From: Octopus vulgaris
Taxonomy: Eukaryota
Direction: 5' to 3'
NCBI GenBank assembly: GCA_951406725.2
Contig: OX597820.1
Location: 115,568,001-115,632,000 of the forward strand
Length of the DNA stretch: 64,000 bases
The notes under the pieces were generated by a model. That model did not search any database. It was given only the letters and a program-made list of their open reading frames with translations, and was not told the DNA's origin. Position numbers and translations under genes: made by a program. Shown in pieces: positions 26,580-38,880 of this stretch (the first letter of the stretch is position 1; each line of letters opens with the position of its first letter).

Positions 26580-26814
26580 TCATTACGTGTCCCGAAATGA
26601 TGTCGAGAGGATGACGTTTCTCGGGGGGAAAAACAAATGACACGATAAGGGACCAGAGTTACTTGCCCTTGATCGGAATAACTATCCAATCATGGTAAAC
26701 ACATGGAACTCACTATTTTCTAGTCATCAGCGTGTGCGGTTTGGCGGCGGAGGTGGCGTAGTGGGGATATAAGCAGCCGTTATTACGGATAAAAAGGCGC
26801 ACGGTTCATGAGTC
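26580..26814 (+). promoter_or_regulatory. CpG-rich, repeat-free promoter / 5' UTR region
   Basis: Local CpG and GC enrichment (gcgtgtgcggtttggcggcggaggtggcgtag), CRE-like tgacgt near 26612, CCAAT near 26686, directly upstream of an ATG and a GTAAGC donor. Confidence 0.6.
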
Positions 26815-26921
26815 ATGACTTCCACAGTTCTACCAGCCACCGGATCTACTCCTGTACTAGCCACATCTAATAATATTATTATTAATAATAATAAGAGCTT
26901 AAACCGAGACATGATGCTAAC
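26815..26921 (+). CDS. RASSF2: Probable first coding exon of the RASSF2/4-like gene (MTSTVLPATGSTPVLATSNNIIINNNKSLNRDMML-T)
   Basis: ATG at 26815, 107 nt open frame, donor ac|gtaagc at 26922. Phase 2 joins exon 55418 in frame (ac+a = Thr). The link across the ~28.5-kb intron is inferred from phase only. Confidence 0.55.
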
Positions 26922-27428
26922 GTAAGCTTCTCTTATTTATTAATTTCATTTCAATGTCCATTGTTCACCTTTGTTTTATTTCTTTCTTTCCCTCTAAACT
27001 CTATTGTCTTCTGATATAAACCGATAATTTCAGTCTGCAAAGAAAATTATTCCGAATCTATTGGCACCGAATTCCAACCAAACTCACTATTTTAACTTGT
27101 AGCTATAATTTAAGCTTATATTTAAAACAAATTACTTTGTTTATGCTTTATTGATGAATTTATATTGGGTTTCTAAAGAAAATAATAAAATGAATTACCA
27201 AAGACTTCGCTGCTATAAATGTTTCGTTTCCAATTGTTGCGAGAGTGAATTAATTCGAAAATGAATGAAAACAAATTTTCTTTTGTTTATGAAACGATGT
27301 GACCTGTATTTACTGACTTTATAAGAAATACATACTTTCTGTTTTGAACACCCGGTGTAATTTATAATTAAAAATGTTTGTTATCCTAAGAAAACTGCTC
27401 AAATCTAGACATAAGAATTTATATTGGA

Positions 27429-27582
27429 ATGAAGAAAGTACTCGTTTTCCGGTTAACTACAAGCATCTCGTGCCAACGACTTCCGAAAATTCACCAACTT
27501 ATTGTTGCTTTGATAATATCCCTGCTGCTAATAACCCTGAATGTGGTGTCAGCGACGGTCGCTGCTGACTCAACTCGCACTT
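27429..27582 (+). CDS. Candidate exon or small ORF with a signal-peptide or TM-like segment
   Basis: ORF 27429..27626 MKKVLVFRLTTSISCQRLPKIHQLIVALIISLLLITLNVVSATVAADSTRT; CpG-rich and repeat-free; internal donor t|gtaagc at 27583 (phase 1). Confidence 0.4.
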
Positions 27583-27811
27583 GTAAGCGATCGATAATAG
27601 CTTCCCTTCTTACAACTTCTGTCTGAATCTAGGAAAACATTACAACTCATGCTGAAATAATTTTCTCTGTAAATTATCTGAACGTTTTGGTCTGCAGTTA
27701 GGAATTTAGTGTCTATAGTTATGGGATAGGGTAACCATACAATGCAAAATGGTTAACTTTAAATAAAAGGATCAATGATATATAGCTGGATAATTTACTT
27801 GCAATCTTAAG

Positions 27812-27857
<46 letters not shown>

Positions 27858-28095
27858 CATAAAAAAAATGAATGAATCTGGGACTTCGTATTTTCTTTCC
27901 CAATTGCACATTTTTAAAGAGTCGGCCTTTATTTATGTAGGTTTATAATAAGGGTGCTCGGTAACAGCTTTTTATGTGTAATTTTAATAATTGAACCATT
28001 ACCATTCTTCCATATTGGCTTCGGCTCCTTTCGTGATTTTTTTTTAATGTTTGGAACAATTTCAGTCATGTTGTTTGTCATCAATAATTCTACAG

Positions 28096-28107
28096 ACACA
28101 CACACAC

Positions 28108-28173
<66 letters not shown>
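28096..28173. repeat. (CA)n-(TC)n microsatellite
   Basis: Direct reading. Confidence 0.97.
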
Positions 28174-28175
<2 letters not shown>

Positions 28176-31100
28176 AATAAATTTGTTTCGAAACAGCTTC
28201 ATGTGATTTAATTTCAACTTTTCCAAGATTTTTATTTGAGGATTTGTTCTTAATCTATTATAAAATTAAGAAATACCTAAATGTTTATGAATAACTTTTA
28301 TTTCCTAAATAATGCTTTATCAGTATTATCAGTTTTTTCTTTAAATTCTATTCTGATATTTCTTATCTAATCTTCAAAATTTTCAAAATATCTAAGAATA
28401 TTTAATTGTTCCTTAGTCATCTTCGTTAATAAACATTAAAATCATTTTCTCCCCCCCTCTCTATCTCTCCCACTTTTACTCCCTCTTCTCCTTACCTTTT
28501 TCTCTCCCTGTCTCTTCCCCCCTCTTCTCCTCTCCTCCACTCTCCTACTTGTATTTTCTCTTCTCTCACTTTCCCTTTTTTCAATGCCCTAAAACCTCGA
28601 TATACTCAGATTTCTTTTCAACAAATCCCCATTGGCCAGTCATTAACGCCTGTTGCATACTGAAACCAAACCAGAAATATTTATTTTGTAGGCGGCATTT
28701 AAGTTACAATTGATAAACCATTTTCAGACTCAAAACAGTTTTGAAGAAATAGTAGTCTGTTCCTTTCTTTCTTTTCATTTACTAACTCGCAAAGAACCGA
28801 GTTCAAATATCAACAAAGACATTCTGCTCGTGCAATTACTCAGTGTATAAACTATTTAACTCCAGCATGCAGAGTAACATTTATTTTATCATCTTATGAT
28901 TAATATATGGCGAAATTGATTTTTGATTTGGAATTGTTAAAGAAAAAAAAAAAAGCTGACGGAAGTAAAACCTTAATTATACTCCTTCTTCCCTTCCTTG
29001 ATCTCACAACTCGTGATGAAGCGGTAGGGGCGCCGTTGTTATATATTTCTTGAGTCCTGGGGCTCATAAAGCCAGTTATCCAATTTCCATCGCATGTGAA
29101 GTGACTAACATCTCACTATACCCCCTCAACCGGACACCGGTCCAATGCAGAGCCCAAGGTAGCAGCAGCACTTTTGAGGGGAGGTGGCAAGTCAGTTACC
29201 TCAACCCCACCACCCCCCACACCACGTGCCTGCTACTTGATTTTTATCGACCCTGAAGAGATAAAAGGCAAAGCTGACCTTGGTGGAATTTGAACTCAGA
29301 GCTGGAATCTTGCTAAGCATTTTGTCTGATGTTCTGCTAATGATTCTGCTGCCTTGCCACCTTTACTTATGACTTTGCCTTTCATCCTTTCGGGGTCGAT
29401 AAATCAAGTACCAGTTACGCACTGGGGTCGATGTAATCGACTTAATACCTATGTCTGTCCTTGTTTGTCCCCTCTGTGTTTAGCCCCCTTGTGGGTAATA
29501 AAGAAATAGGTATTTGAATCTAGTTTCACTCCACCCAATACCTGTTAAAGAGAGAAGAACCAACACCTGACTGGACTGTTATTTTATCTATCAGCTTCAA
29601 AAGGATGAAGAGCAAAGCTAACCTCAACAGAGTTTGAACTCGGTGTATGGAGCTTGACAAGTGCCATCAGGCATTCTGTCTGATGCTCTATCACTTGTCC
29701 CAATTAGCCGCTTTAACTACTTTGCCGACTCTAAATGAATGAATGAATGAATGAATAAGAAAGTTAACCATCGAAGAATTTGAACTCAGTCAAGTGACTC
29801 AAAGTACTTCAGTGAAGCTGTGCCTGACTACCTCTTGTTAGTTGGCCAAACTGTTGCTCTCTTACACAGGCCTCAAATTTATAACAGAAAAGAAATGAAA
29901 TTGTATGATGTACCTTTTTTTGTTGAGTATTAAACTGAAGTAAAATAGTTATCTATAATAATAAATGCCAAACGAATTTCTGTGTGTCAGTGTGTCACAC
30001 TTTAACCCCCTCTCTCACTATTCAGTGACATTTCTATTTTTCCTCATGTTAGGGTGGGAGTAATGGTAGGCATAGACAGCGAGGGCAGTAGTAGACTGAC
30101 GGATGTGATGGTAATGGGGTGATAGTATGAGCTGTACTTGTGATAGAAGTAGTGGTGGTGGTAGCCAAGGCAATCGGAGATGGTGATGGTAGTAAGCGAT
30201 GGGAAAGACAATGGTGGTGGTGGTGGGGAAGGCAGCAAGGTCAAAGATATTGATGGTGGTGGCGTCAGAAGTCTGAATGGTGTGTGTATTGACAGTTGTT
30301 GTGGTGGTGATGGTGTTGGTTGAAAACAATCAACAGAAAGAGGTTAGGAAAAAAATTTATACTGACCCCCCGAATGGGAAGACAAATGTTTATTGGGCAG
30401 CTTTGCAATAAGTTCCAAGTCGACAAATTATATCATTGTTTATTGCTTGAAAAATATTGGCCAAGTTTAATAAAATTTAATATGTACTCAATGCATGAAG
30501 TGTCATTGTTGGGCTCAAGGCTCAATGAAGAGCCCTCCACAGGAGCTAGCTTAAAAGCTAGTAATCAATAATTGAAACTATATTGTGGATTGGTCTTGAA
30601 ATGTTAAATTGTTACATCACCATCATCATTGAATATCCATTTCCCATAGAGCCAGACAACCACACCAAACTCCAATGTCGGCTTATGCATAATTTCTATG
30701 ACTGGATGCTCTTCCTAATGCCAACCACTTCAGAGTGGCTGGCATTAGGAAAAGCACCCAGTGAGGTCACCATGAAACTCACAAGACAAAACTTCTCAAC
30801 TGAATGGAGTGTAGTATTGAGGGAGGTGGCTTTATGCCAGGTGATGAGAAGTTAAAGTATGATAGAAGGACAGGAACAGGTGCCTTGAAGTAGAGAAGAC
30901 TCATGACCACCATTAATGACATTTTGGGCAAGTACATCCTCATCATCATCGTTAATGTCCATTTTCCGTGCTTGCATGGGTTGGACGGTTTGACTGGGGA
31001 CTGGCAAGCCAGTAGGCTGTGCCAGGCTCTAGTCTGATCTGGCAAGGTTTCTACAGCTGGATGCCCTTCCTAACACCAACCACTCAGAGAGTGTAGTGGG

Positions 31101-33257
31101 TGCTTTTTATGTGCCACCAGCATAGGAGCCAGTGGGGGTGGGGGGACTGGCATCGACCATGTTCAGATGGTGCTTATCACGTGCCACCAGCACAGGTGCC
31201 AGTCAGGCAGCACTGGCATCAGCCACCTTTATAATAATCCTTTTCTCTCATTTTATTCTCTACATCAAACAGTGTATATATTCAGTTTTCTATTAACTGC
31301 ATTCAAAATTCAGATTATTAATTTTCTATTCTACATTGCTTTTTATTAACCATTGAAATAAGTACTACTTCAATATTTTGGTTATTGTTTTGTGAGCGCA
31401 ACAGAAAAGTGAGTCTGCGTTGGAGATTTCTCAAAGAAACACTAGATGTGTGACCAGGCATGGTTGTGTGGTAAGAAGTATGCTTCCCAACCATATGGCT
31501 CCAGGTTCAGTCCTAGTATGTGGTGCCTTAGGCTGACCAAAGCCTTGTGAGTGAATTTTAATGGTAACTGTAAGAAACCAATTGTGTATATATGTGTGTG
31601 TGTGTATATATATCTGTATTGTCCCTCACCATCGCTTGACAACTGGTGTTGGTGTGTTTACATCCCTTGTAATTTGAGGGTGCAGCAAAAGAATAACTGC
31701 CGGGCTTAAAACAATGGAAAAATAAGTCCTGGGTTCAATTCATTCGACTAAAAATTCTTCCAAGCAATGCCCCAGCATGGCCGTAGTCTAATGACTGAAA
31801 CAAGTAAAAGATAAAAGTTGTGGGTGTGTGTGTGTGTTTTGCTTAGGTTTGTTGTTGATAAATGGACACAGTTTGCTCTGCTTACTCTGTCCAGTGGTGT
31901 CACTAACCTTATCTGTGAATATAAATCCGTTAGGGTTTTACTCTGCAATTTGTGGTTGACCATTAAGCAAGATAATGGAGCCAGTTTGATTGTCTATAGT
32001 TTGACTTTCTTTTCATGTTTTGGTTTGTGTGATGGAAGTTGCTTCTGTCCATTATTTTTCCAGGTTATTAAACTGGAGAACAAAGATATGAAGTGCATTT
32101 GATGCCTCACTCAAAATCTTAAAAGTCAATTGTTAAACAGAAATTTGGTTTTAGGAAGGGCATCCAGTTGTAGAAACCATGCCAAAACAGAAATAGGAAC
32201 TTGATGCGGTTCTTGTCAGCACGGAAAATGGATGTTAAATGATGAGAGGTGAGGTTCCAGAAGACTACAACTCTTGGCTGAAAAAATTAAGGAAAATATT
32301 TAGTATTGAATCTAATGTATGTGCAATGCAGTAGGGATGATGGGGGGGGGGGGGAGAAAAGATAGGGTATATAAGTGGATATAGATGGGGTAAGCCAATA
32401 TGTAACAAATTTAAAAGAGCAGAGGCCATTGTAGTCATAGCAGACAGATAAAAGGAAGAACAGTGTTGCATTTGGGTGTGAGGTTGTGTTGATGAGGGAA
32501 TAATGAGTTGCCAATCAAACAGGCAGCATGCTTCTTCTTTTTTTTTTCTCCAATGCAGTCCAAATTGTGTTGTTGTGATCGATGTTTCATCTTTGTGTGT
32601 AGCATGTTAGTGTAGAGCAATATTTATGCTTTATGCCTAAAGGAAATCAATATTTTGCTTTGTTTCTATAAGTTTATTGAGAAGTACTTTAACCCTTTGG
32701 CATTCAGATTTCGCTGTTAAGTATCAGGCCTATATATTCACATGGATTTTGAATTAATTTTTGGTTTTTTTATATATTGGATTATGTTAGTGTTTTATTC
32801 TTACCTTTCAAAAAGACAACTCTGAGACATTTGAAGATACTTTTTAATTTATAAACTTTACAGAATAATTTGATTTTAGGTAGAATTTCTTTTCCTGCTG
32901 TGACTAAAATGGAAATTTTTATTCCCCATTCCCTTCCCATATACACAAGGTATTTTTCAATGTTGAATGTTATTATAATTAATGTTATTATTGATATCGA
33001 ACTTGGAATCTTGGGGCTAGTAGCCCATGCTCTTAACCACTATGCTATATGCCCGTGGACAATTACGGAGTGAATTTTAGGGCTTATAAATCTAATATTT
33101 TCCCATCCTTCCTTAATACCGGTTCCCATATGCTATTCATATCTGCACTCGGTCTGCTTAGGAAGTTGTTGTGTCCTAGCATATGTGCTGCTTCTTTTAG
33201 TTTTCATATTTTCCAGTGGTGTTCTCTATTATTTTAACCACTATGCCATATGCCCGT

Positions 33258-33331
33258 GGGCATATGGTGTAGTGGTTAAGACCGCGGGCTACTAACCCCA
33301 AGATTCCGAGTTCGATTCCAGGCAATGACCT
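33258..33331 (+). other. tRNA-derived segment (Pol III A and B boxes) inside the Penelope-like terminal region; not a functional tRNA
   Basis: gggcatatggtgtagtggttaagaccgcgggctactaaccccaagattccgagttcgattccaggcaatgacct: ~74 nt, A box tggtgtagtgg, loop ct-ACT-aa, B box gagttcgattcc; anticodon and T stems imperfect. Confidence 0.75.
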
Positions 33332-33398
33332 GAATAATAATAATGATAACATCGAAAAATACCTTAGGAATGAGAACCCAGGTTCAAAATTTCCCTAA

Positions 33399-33444
33399 GA
33401 CACCTGATGAAGGCTGGAGGGTATATCAGCCGAAATGTTGTGTT
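33399..33444 (+). ncRNA. Minimal type-I hammerhead ribozyme with one CpG-type change (ACGU to AUGU)
   Basis: gacac CTGATGA a ggctg...cagcc GAAA tg TT gtgtt; perfect 5-bp stem II. Confidence 0.7.
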
Positions 33445-34094
33445 AACAACAAACAAGATGAGGACAAATGTAAATAATGTGCTTAATTCCTCATCTCTTA
33501 AATATAGAACTGTAAAATCTAGTCCATTTTTATAAATTTCCTATTTGTTTCCAGCTATATTTTGTATTGATTTGATTTGAAATCCTAATCATATTCATAA
33601 CTGAACTTTGTGAATATTTAATCTAGGATTGCTAAAAAGGATAACTCATCTCTTTGAAACCTTTCCCAGTGAAAAGATAACAGAAAATTAATTTGTGACA
33701 ATTTCCTAAATTATCTCTTTAAAGGAAATCCGTTATTAATTAGCCTTGAATATTGTTATTTTGACAAGCTAGGTATGACTCATTCCATATTACTGCTCTA
33801 CTTGTAGGGGGTGCACTGAGGCTGCAGAATTTAATGTTTTGCTTGCATCAATGGTTATCTTTTAGACTGTTGCTATCAGTTTCTACATGAATAAAATTCC
33901 ATTCTGCCCTCCTAATTACTCATCATAATTAGATATATGCTCTTCTGCCATGCTTTCCATATCTACAAGGCATTTACATTCATCAGAAGCAATATGTTAA
34001 GCATTTCAAAACTATTTGCTTTCACTGGTTTTTATTTAAAATAAACTTCAAAGTTCAAACACACAAAATCCAAATTCTAATATTGTGCTGTGGC

Positions 34095-34365
34095 ATAGAA
34101 TGAGGCAGTTGAGCACGGCTGTTTGGATGCTGGGGATTTGGCACAGCTGACTGGACGTACAGACCATACAGTACTTGTTGGCATGAGACAGGCAAGCATG
34201 GAAATATACACAGACAGATAATGAGAGAGAGAGAATAAATATAGCAAGGAAACGTTTGTCAAATAATTCAGTGTTTAGCTGTGATGCCTAAAGCAAACTA
34301 AAAACTGCTCGAATGAATCCGAATTTATCCAGAGCATTAGAAAAGGCCAAGACTATATGGTAAAT
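34095..34365 (+). mobile_element. Probable RTE (BovB-like) ORF C-terminal remnant
   Basis: Frameshifted WHETGKHG / DNERERINIARKRLSNNSVFSCDA, resembling the RTE C-terminal region before the zinc finger. Confidence 0.4.
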
Positions 34366-36087
34366 GGGACAGTTTTGCACTCTGTGGATCTGGTTTGATA
34401 TTCACTCTTCAGAATGGAAATCTGACCTGCTTCCAACATCAGTTAGATGAGGACCTGAAATATGGTGAGTTGATCATTCTTTTTGATACCCACCCCTTGA
34501 GGTTACATCTAGTTTAGATCTGCATAATAAAAAAAAAAATCTATGCTGGTGCCAGGTAGAAAAACACAGGTGCTACATAAAAACACTGGTGCTGGTCCCA
34601 GTGCCATGTATAAAGCACCCAGTATACTCTGTAAAGTGTTTGGCATTAGGAAGGGCATCCAGTAATATAGACTATGCCAAAACGGACACATGGAGCCTGG
34701 TGCAGCCCTTCAGCTTGCCAGCTCTTGTCAAGCCATCCAACCCATGACAGCATGGAAAATGGACATTTAATGATGATGTTGAATAAAACTTCTCATTTTA
34801 CTATAATCTTAACTTTTCTGCTGCTGTGTGCTATCAAACATTCCCTACTCCTAACCACCTTGTACCCTGAAGGTCCACATTGACACCTCATCACCACTAT
34901 TCATATCATTTTCCAGCTCCAGTTGACCACTCCAGTCCTCTCTCCAAGTGTGAATAGTCATGTAGCTCTTTCACAGCAAACTTTTTCTTTCATACTTTAC
35001 CCTTTCTCTGTTCCTCATCTCCTTGCATAACATTTTAACCCCCCCCCCCCACCTTGGAGTTCATAATTATGCATGCTGCATGGTGACCTTACTAGTGCTG
35101 GTAGTATGTAAAAAGCACCCAGTCCATGCTGCTAAATGGTTGACACTAAGAAGGACATCCAGCTGTCGAAGCTATATTGAATTGAATAGTGGAGTATGAT
35201 GCTGTCCTTGGGCCCATCAGATCTTCTCAAACCATCCAATTCATGCCAGCATGGAACACAGATATTAAATGATGATGATGATTTAAGTTGAAATCTCATT
35301 ATCATTTTGTGTTCCACTCTCAGACTTTATTAAAATCTTTCCAAATTCTTAATTATTTTTAATATGAAGCTAAACAAATATGTTTAAAAGTTAGAGCAAA
35401 TATGCACCTCTTCCTCCCCTCAAAGATCTGGCCTTGTGCTTTGCTATAGAAATTCAGTTTTATTCAGATTTGATTAAAGGCTCAGTCTTTTATCTGACAA
35501 TAAAACATTTGCGACTGTTTAGGAAACTAAATTCTCAAACAGATGACCTAAATCACACAATCACTGCACTGGCTTCCCATCTAGATGCGTGTGTGTGTAT
35601 GCGTGTGTATAACTTTGTGCATATGAATATTGTGTGTGTGTGTGTGTGTGCATGCATAATACGAGTTGTGCATGTTTATACTACATGAGTATGTGTAATC
35701 TGAGTGTGCACTTGTGTAATTGGAGTGTGTGATCCGTGTGTGTGTGTGTGTGTGTGTATTGAGAGAGAGAGAGTTTGTTTAATAATTAAGATGGATGTGT
35801 TTAGTTTTTCTGTTTTCACTTTTATTATGGAAACCAAATGTCAAATAGATTGTATGCTGACAGAATGTTTTAATGTTTACATCCCTTTATTGATGATTCA
35901 GTATATTCTTGTTATTATTTTTTTACCTTCATATTTAACCCTTAAAGTATGTTTATGATACCTAATACAGGTCAACAGTTCAACTTAGTCCCTTAATGGT
36001 GATGAATATTAAAGTTTACTGACGTACAACAGCTCATAGTAATATTATGAAAAGTGTATAATATTACACTTTTTCATAAAAATAATA

Positions 36088-36318
36088 CCTATTTCTTTAT
36101 CGCCCACAAGGGGCTAAACATAGAAGGGACAAACAAGGACAGACAAAGGGATTAAGTTGATTACATCGACCCCAGTGCGTAACTCGTACTTAATTTATCG
36201 ACCCTGAAAGGATGAAAGGCAAAGTCGACCTCGGCGGAATTTGAACTCAGAACGTAGTGCCAGACAAAATTCTGCTAAGCATTTCGCGCGGTGTGCTCGT
36301 TTCTGCCAGCTCGCCGCT
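36088..36318 (-). mobile_element. tRNA-derived SINE family B with Deu/Nin-like domain. Others: ~7490-8125(-, three copies), 14540-15080 (three), 20420-20650, 23655-23865, 25217-25390, 29165-29510, 47607-47808, 55825-56395, 57790-57900(-), 63650-63980
   Basis: Minus strand ggcgagctggcagaa...ctgagttcaaattccgccgaggtcgactttgcctttcatcctttcagggtcgataaattaagtac. Confidence 0.88.
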
Positions 36319-36623
36319 TTTTATAAAAATAATACCACCACCATGTCACAGCTAGAGTTTTTGCCACCCAAGTAGCCCTTGTGCTTCTCAATGCCTCATC
36401 CCCACTCTGTCCCCTATACTGGCTTATACAGCAGAACAAAAAATGCTGTTAAATCACCCATAGGAGACTGCCTAACTATGCTCCTTCAATAATAACCATG
36501 TTAATAATAATTGTTTGAAACACTTCACTCGTTTGTTGGGAATATTTATTTTCTGTATATTTACCAATCCTGAGTTACATAAAAGAAAAACTATGTATTT
36601 TACAAATTAGTTTTACATGCTCA

Positions 36624-36823
36624 TATGTAATGGGTGATGGCATTTTATGTTAAATATGTTTTGTGACCATGGCATTCTGGGATCAATCTCACTACACAAT
36701 AGCTTTTGATGGGAGACTTCTGCCTATGTAATGGGCGATGGCATTTTATGTTAAATGTTTTGTGACCATGGCAGCCTGGGATCAATCTCACTACACAATA
36801 GCTTTTGATGGGAGACTTCTGCC
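36624..36823. repeat. Recent ~100-bp tandem duplication
   Basis: tatgtaatggg...gggagacttctgcc twice (36624-36724, 36725-36823), few differences. Confidence 0.92.
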
Positions 36824-38604
36824 TTGATTGATATATTGCCAATGAAATTTGTGTGTGTGTGTGTGTGTGTGTTTATATCTGCTTGAAGTATCAGTATATT
36901 CAAAAAGAAATATTTTGCAGTAATAATGTCTGACTGAATTACCTCCCCCTATGTCAACTTTTTCATATTTTATGAGGCAAATGAAATAAATGTTTGAGAA
37001 AAAGTACCAAGTCAAGCATAGCAACAAACCCCTTTGAACATGGTACCCCAGCGTAGCCACCAATACGATGACAGAAACCATTAGGTGTGTATGTGTGTGT
37101 GTGTGTGTTAACCTGTATTCTTGGGCGTTATTGTTTTTGCTAGTGGAACAAATCTGACAACAAAAAGACACAAAGTTCATAACCTGATCCCTTTATGTGT
37201 TTGACAATATCCATTTAATTTACTTCACCCATTTCTCTCCTATATTTACTATTTCTAACAGTCAAGTCCATACTTGCATGATATTTGCAAATTTGTAAGT
37301 TATTACAACAAAAAAATAATTATAATAATAAAAAAACTGCTGCATTTAATTCTTCTAGCAAAGAGAATCATAAAATATTTATGATTGGAAAATGTTCTAA
37401 AGCTTCTAAAAGAATAGCTTCTACTTTCAGCAAAATCAGCTGTGATTATGTTACCCTACTCTCGTTTGTTCAATTCTTTCAAGCCTTAAACATTTAACTG
37501 GCCGTGTCTGGCCCAAATATTCTACCCGTTTTATGTTGAAACTGACCAGATTCAGCCTCTCACACCTTAGATCTAAAATCCAAAGAAATCAATACATTGG
37601 CATCTTCTAGGCACTGGCTTGGCTGTGTGGTAAGAAGTTTGCTTCCCAACCACATAGTTTCAGGTTCATTCCCACTGTGTTGTACCTTTGACATGTGTCT
37701 TCCATTCTATCCCTGGGTCAACTAAAGCCCTGTGAGTAGATTTCATAGATTGGAAACTGAAAGAAGCACAGTGTGTATGTACGTGTATATCATCATCATC
37801 ATGTATATGTTTCCTTGTCTTGACATGATGGTTGTAAATGGGTTTCACCAGCATGCAAATAGCATCCTTCATTTCCAATCTTCTGCAAAAACATGTCTGG
37901 TCATGGGGAGATATTACCTCTCTTGGAAACAGGTGAATATTGACAATAGGAAGGGCATACAACCCTAGATTATCTGTCTATACAAAAATCTGTTCGATCC
38001 ATATGAACATAGAAAAATGAACGTTAAAATGATGATCAGTAAGAATTTGTCTTGCAATGTAGGTACAAGAGTCCAACACAATAAAAATGTTTTGGAAATA
38101 AAGATTTCTTGCTGTGGTTTTTATGAATTAATTTCAAAAGGGATAATTAACAATGGGGAAACCTTAAAACAAAACATTTTAGAGACCTGTTGAACCGAGT
38201 AATATTGTAGTCATGGCCAATGCCAGTGTCGTCTGACTGGCATCCATACCAGTGGCACGTAAAAAGCACTGTTTGAGCATTGGGTCTCATGGAGGCAGTG
38301 ATGTGACCAAGACCTTTGGTGATATACCATGTTTGTGTAGACCTGTCAAGCCAAGTGAGACCATAGCTGTGGCTGGTGTCAGGTCATTGGCACGGTAGGG
38401 ACAACCACTACACTCTCAGAGCGGTTAGCATTAGAAAGGGCATCCAGCTTGTAAGAAACCTTGCCTAATCAGATTGGAACCTGGTGCAGCAGTCCCCTCC
38501 CCACCAGCTTACCAGTTTCTCAGTCAAACTGTCCAACCCATACCAGCTTGGAAAGTGGACGTTAAATGATGATGACAGCCGTTAACTATAATTTTATTAA
38601 CACA

Positions 38605-38880
38605 ACTTAACTCTGTTGCATCCTCAAGAATGGCAGGACATCTCAGTTCCAAGTAATGTTAGAAGGCCCATGAGTTGGCCTCATCATTCCAACTAACAAA
38701 AGCAATGACTTCTTTGTGTTGCAAACCTGTCCAGTCCATGCCATGTTTTGAAAATCTTGTTAAACCTTTAATCGTGGTCTTTAACCAACATTCCCCAAGC
38801 TCTGTAACTCTAGCCAACTTCCATTTCCTCAACTTCAAGAACCCCTTCATCATCCGAGCAACAAAGTCAATCAGCCACAT
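38605..38880 (-). mobile_element. Degraded LINE (RTE-like) 3' fragment
   Basis: Decayed coding-like stretch ending in gaggatgcaacagagttaagt. Confidence 0.4.

Larger units (their letters stand above)
32948..33513. mobile_element. Second copy of the same Penelope-like family (fold-back)
   Basis: GIY-YIG tail on the minus strand (~33065-33230), then a plus-strand tRNA-like head, (AAT)n, hammerhead and the shared terminus ...cctcatctcttaaatatagaactg. Confidence 0.85.

Noticed and set aside
27490-27500. In-frame TGA in the antisense ORF as selenocysteine
   Set aside because: No SECIS or homology evidence; the open antisense frame may simply mirror the plus-strand ORF.
30018-30329. Thr/Pro/His-rich minus-strand ORFs
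   Set aside because: Derived from degenerate (GGT)n low-complexity sequence with no splice signals.
32064-32102. Acceptor-like ttatttttccag with short ORF
   Set aside because: All three frames stop within 13 codons and there is no convincing donor.
33258-33331. tRNA-Ser(ACT) gene
   Set aside because: Anticodon and T stems mispair, there is no long Ser variable arm, and it is part of a repeated retroelement.
34109-34222. Host exon NEAVEHGCLDAGDLAQLTGRTDH...
   Set aside because: Poor acceptor; better explained as a frameshifted RTE remnant.
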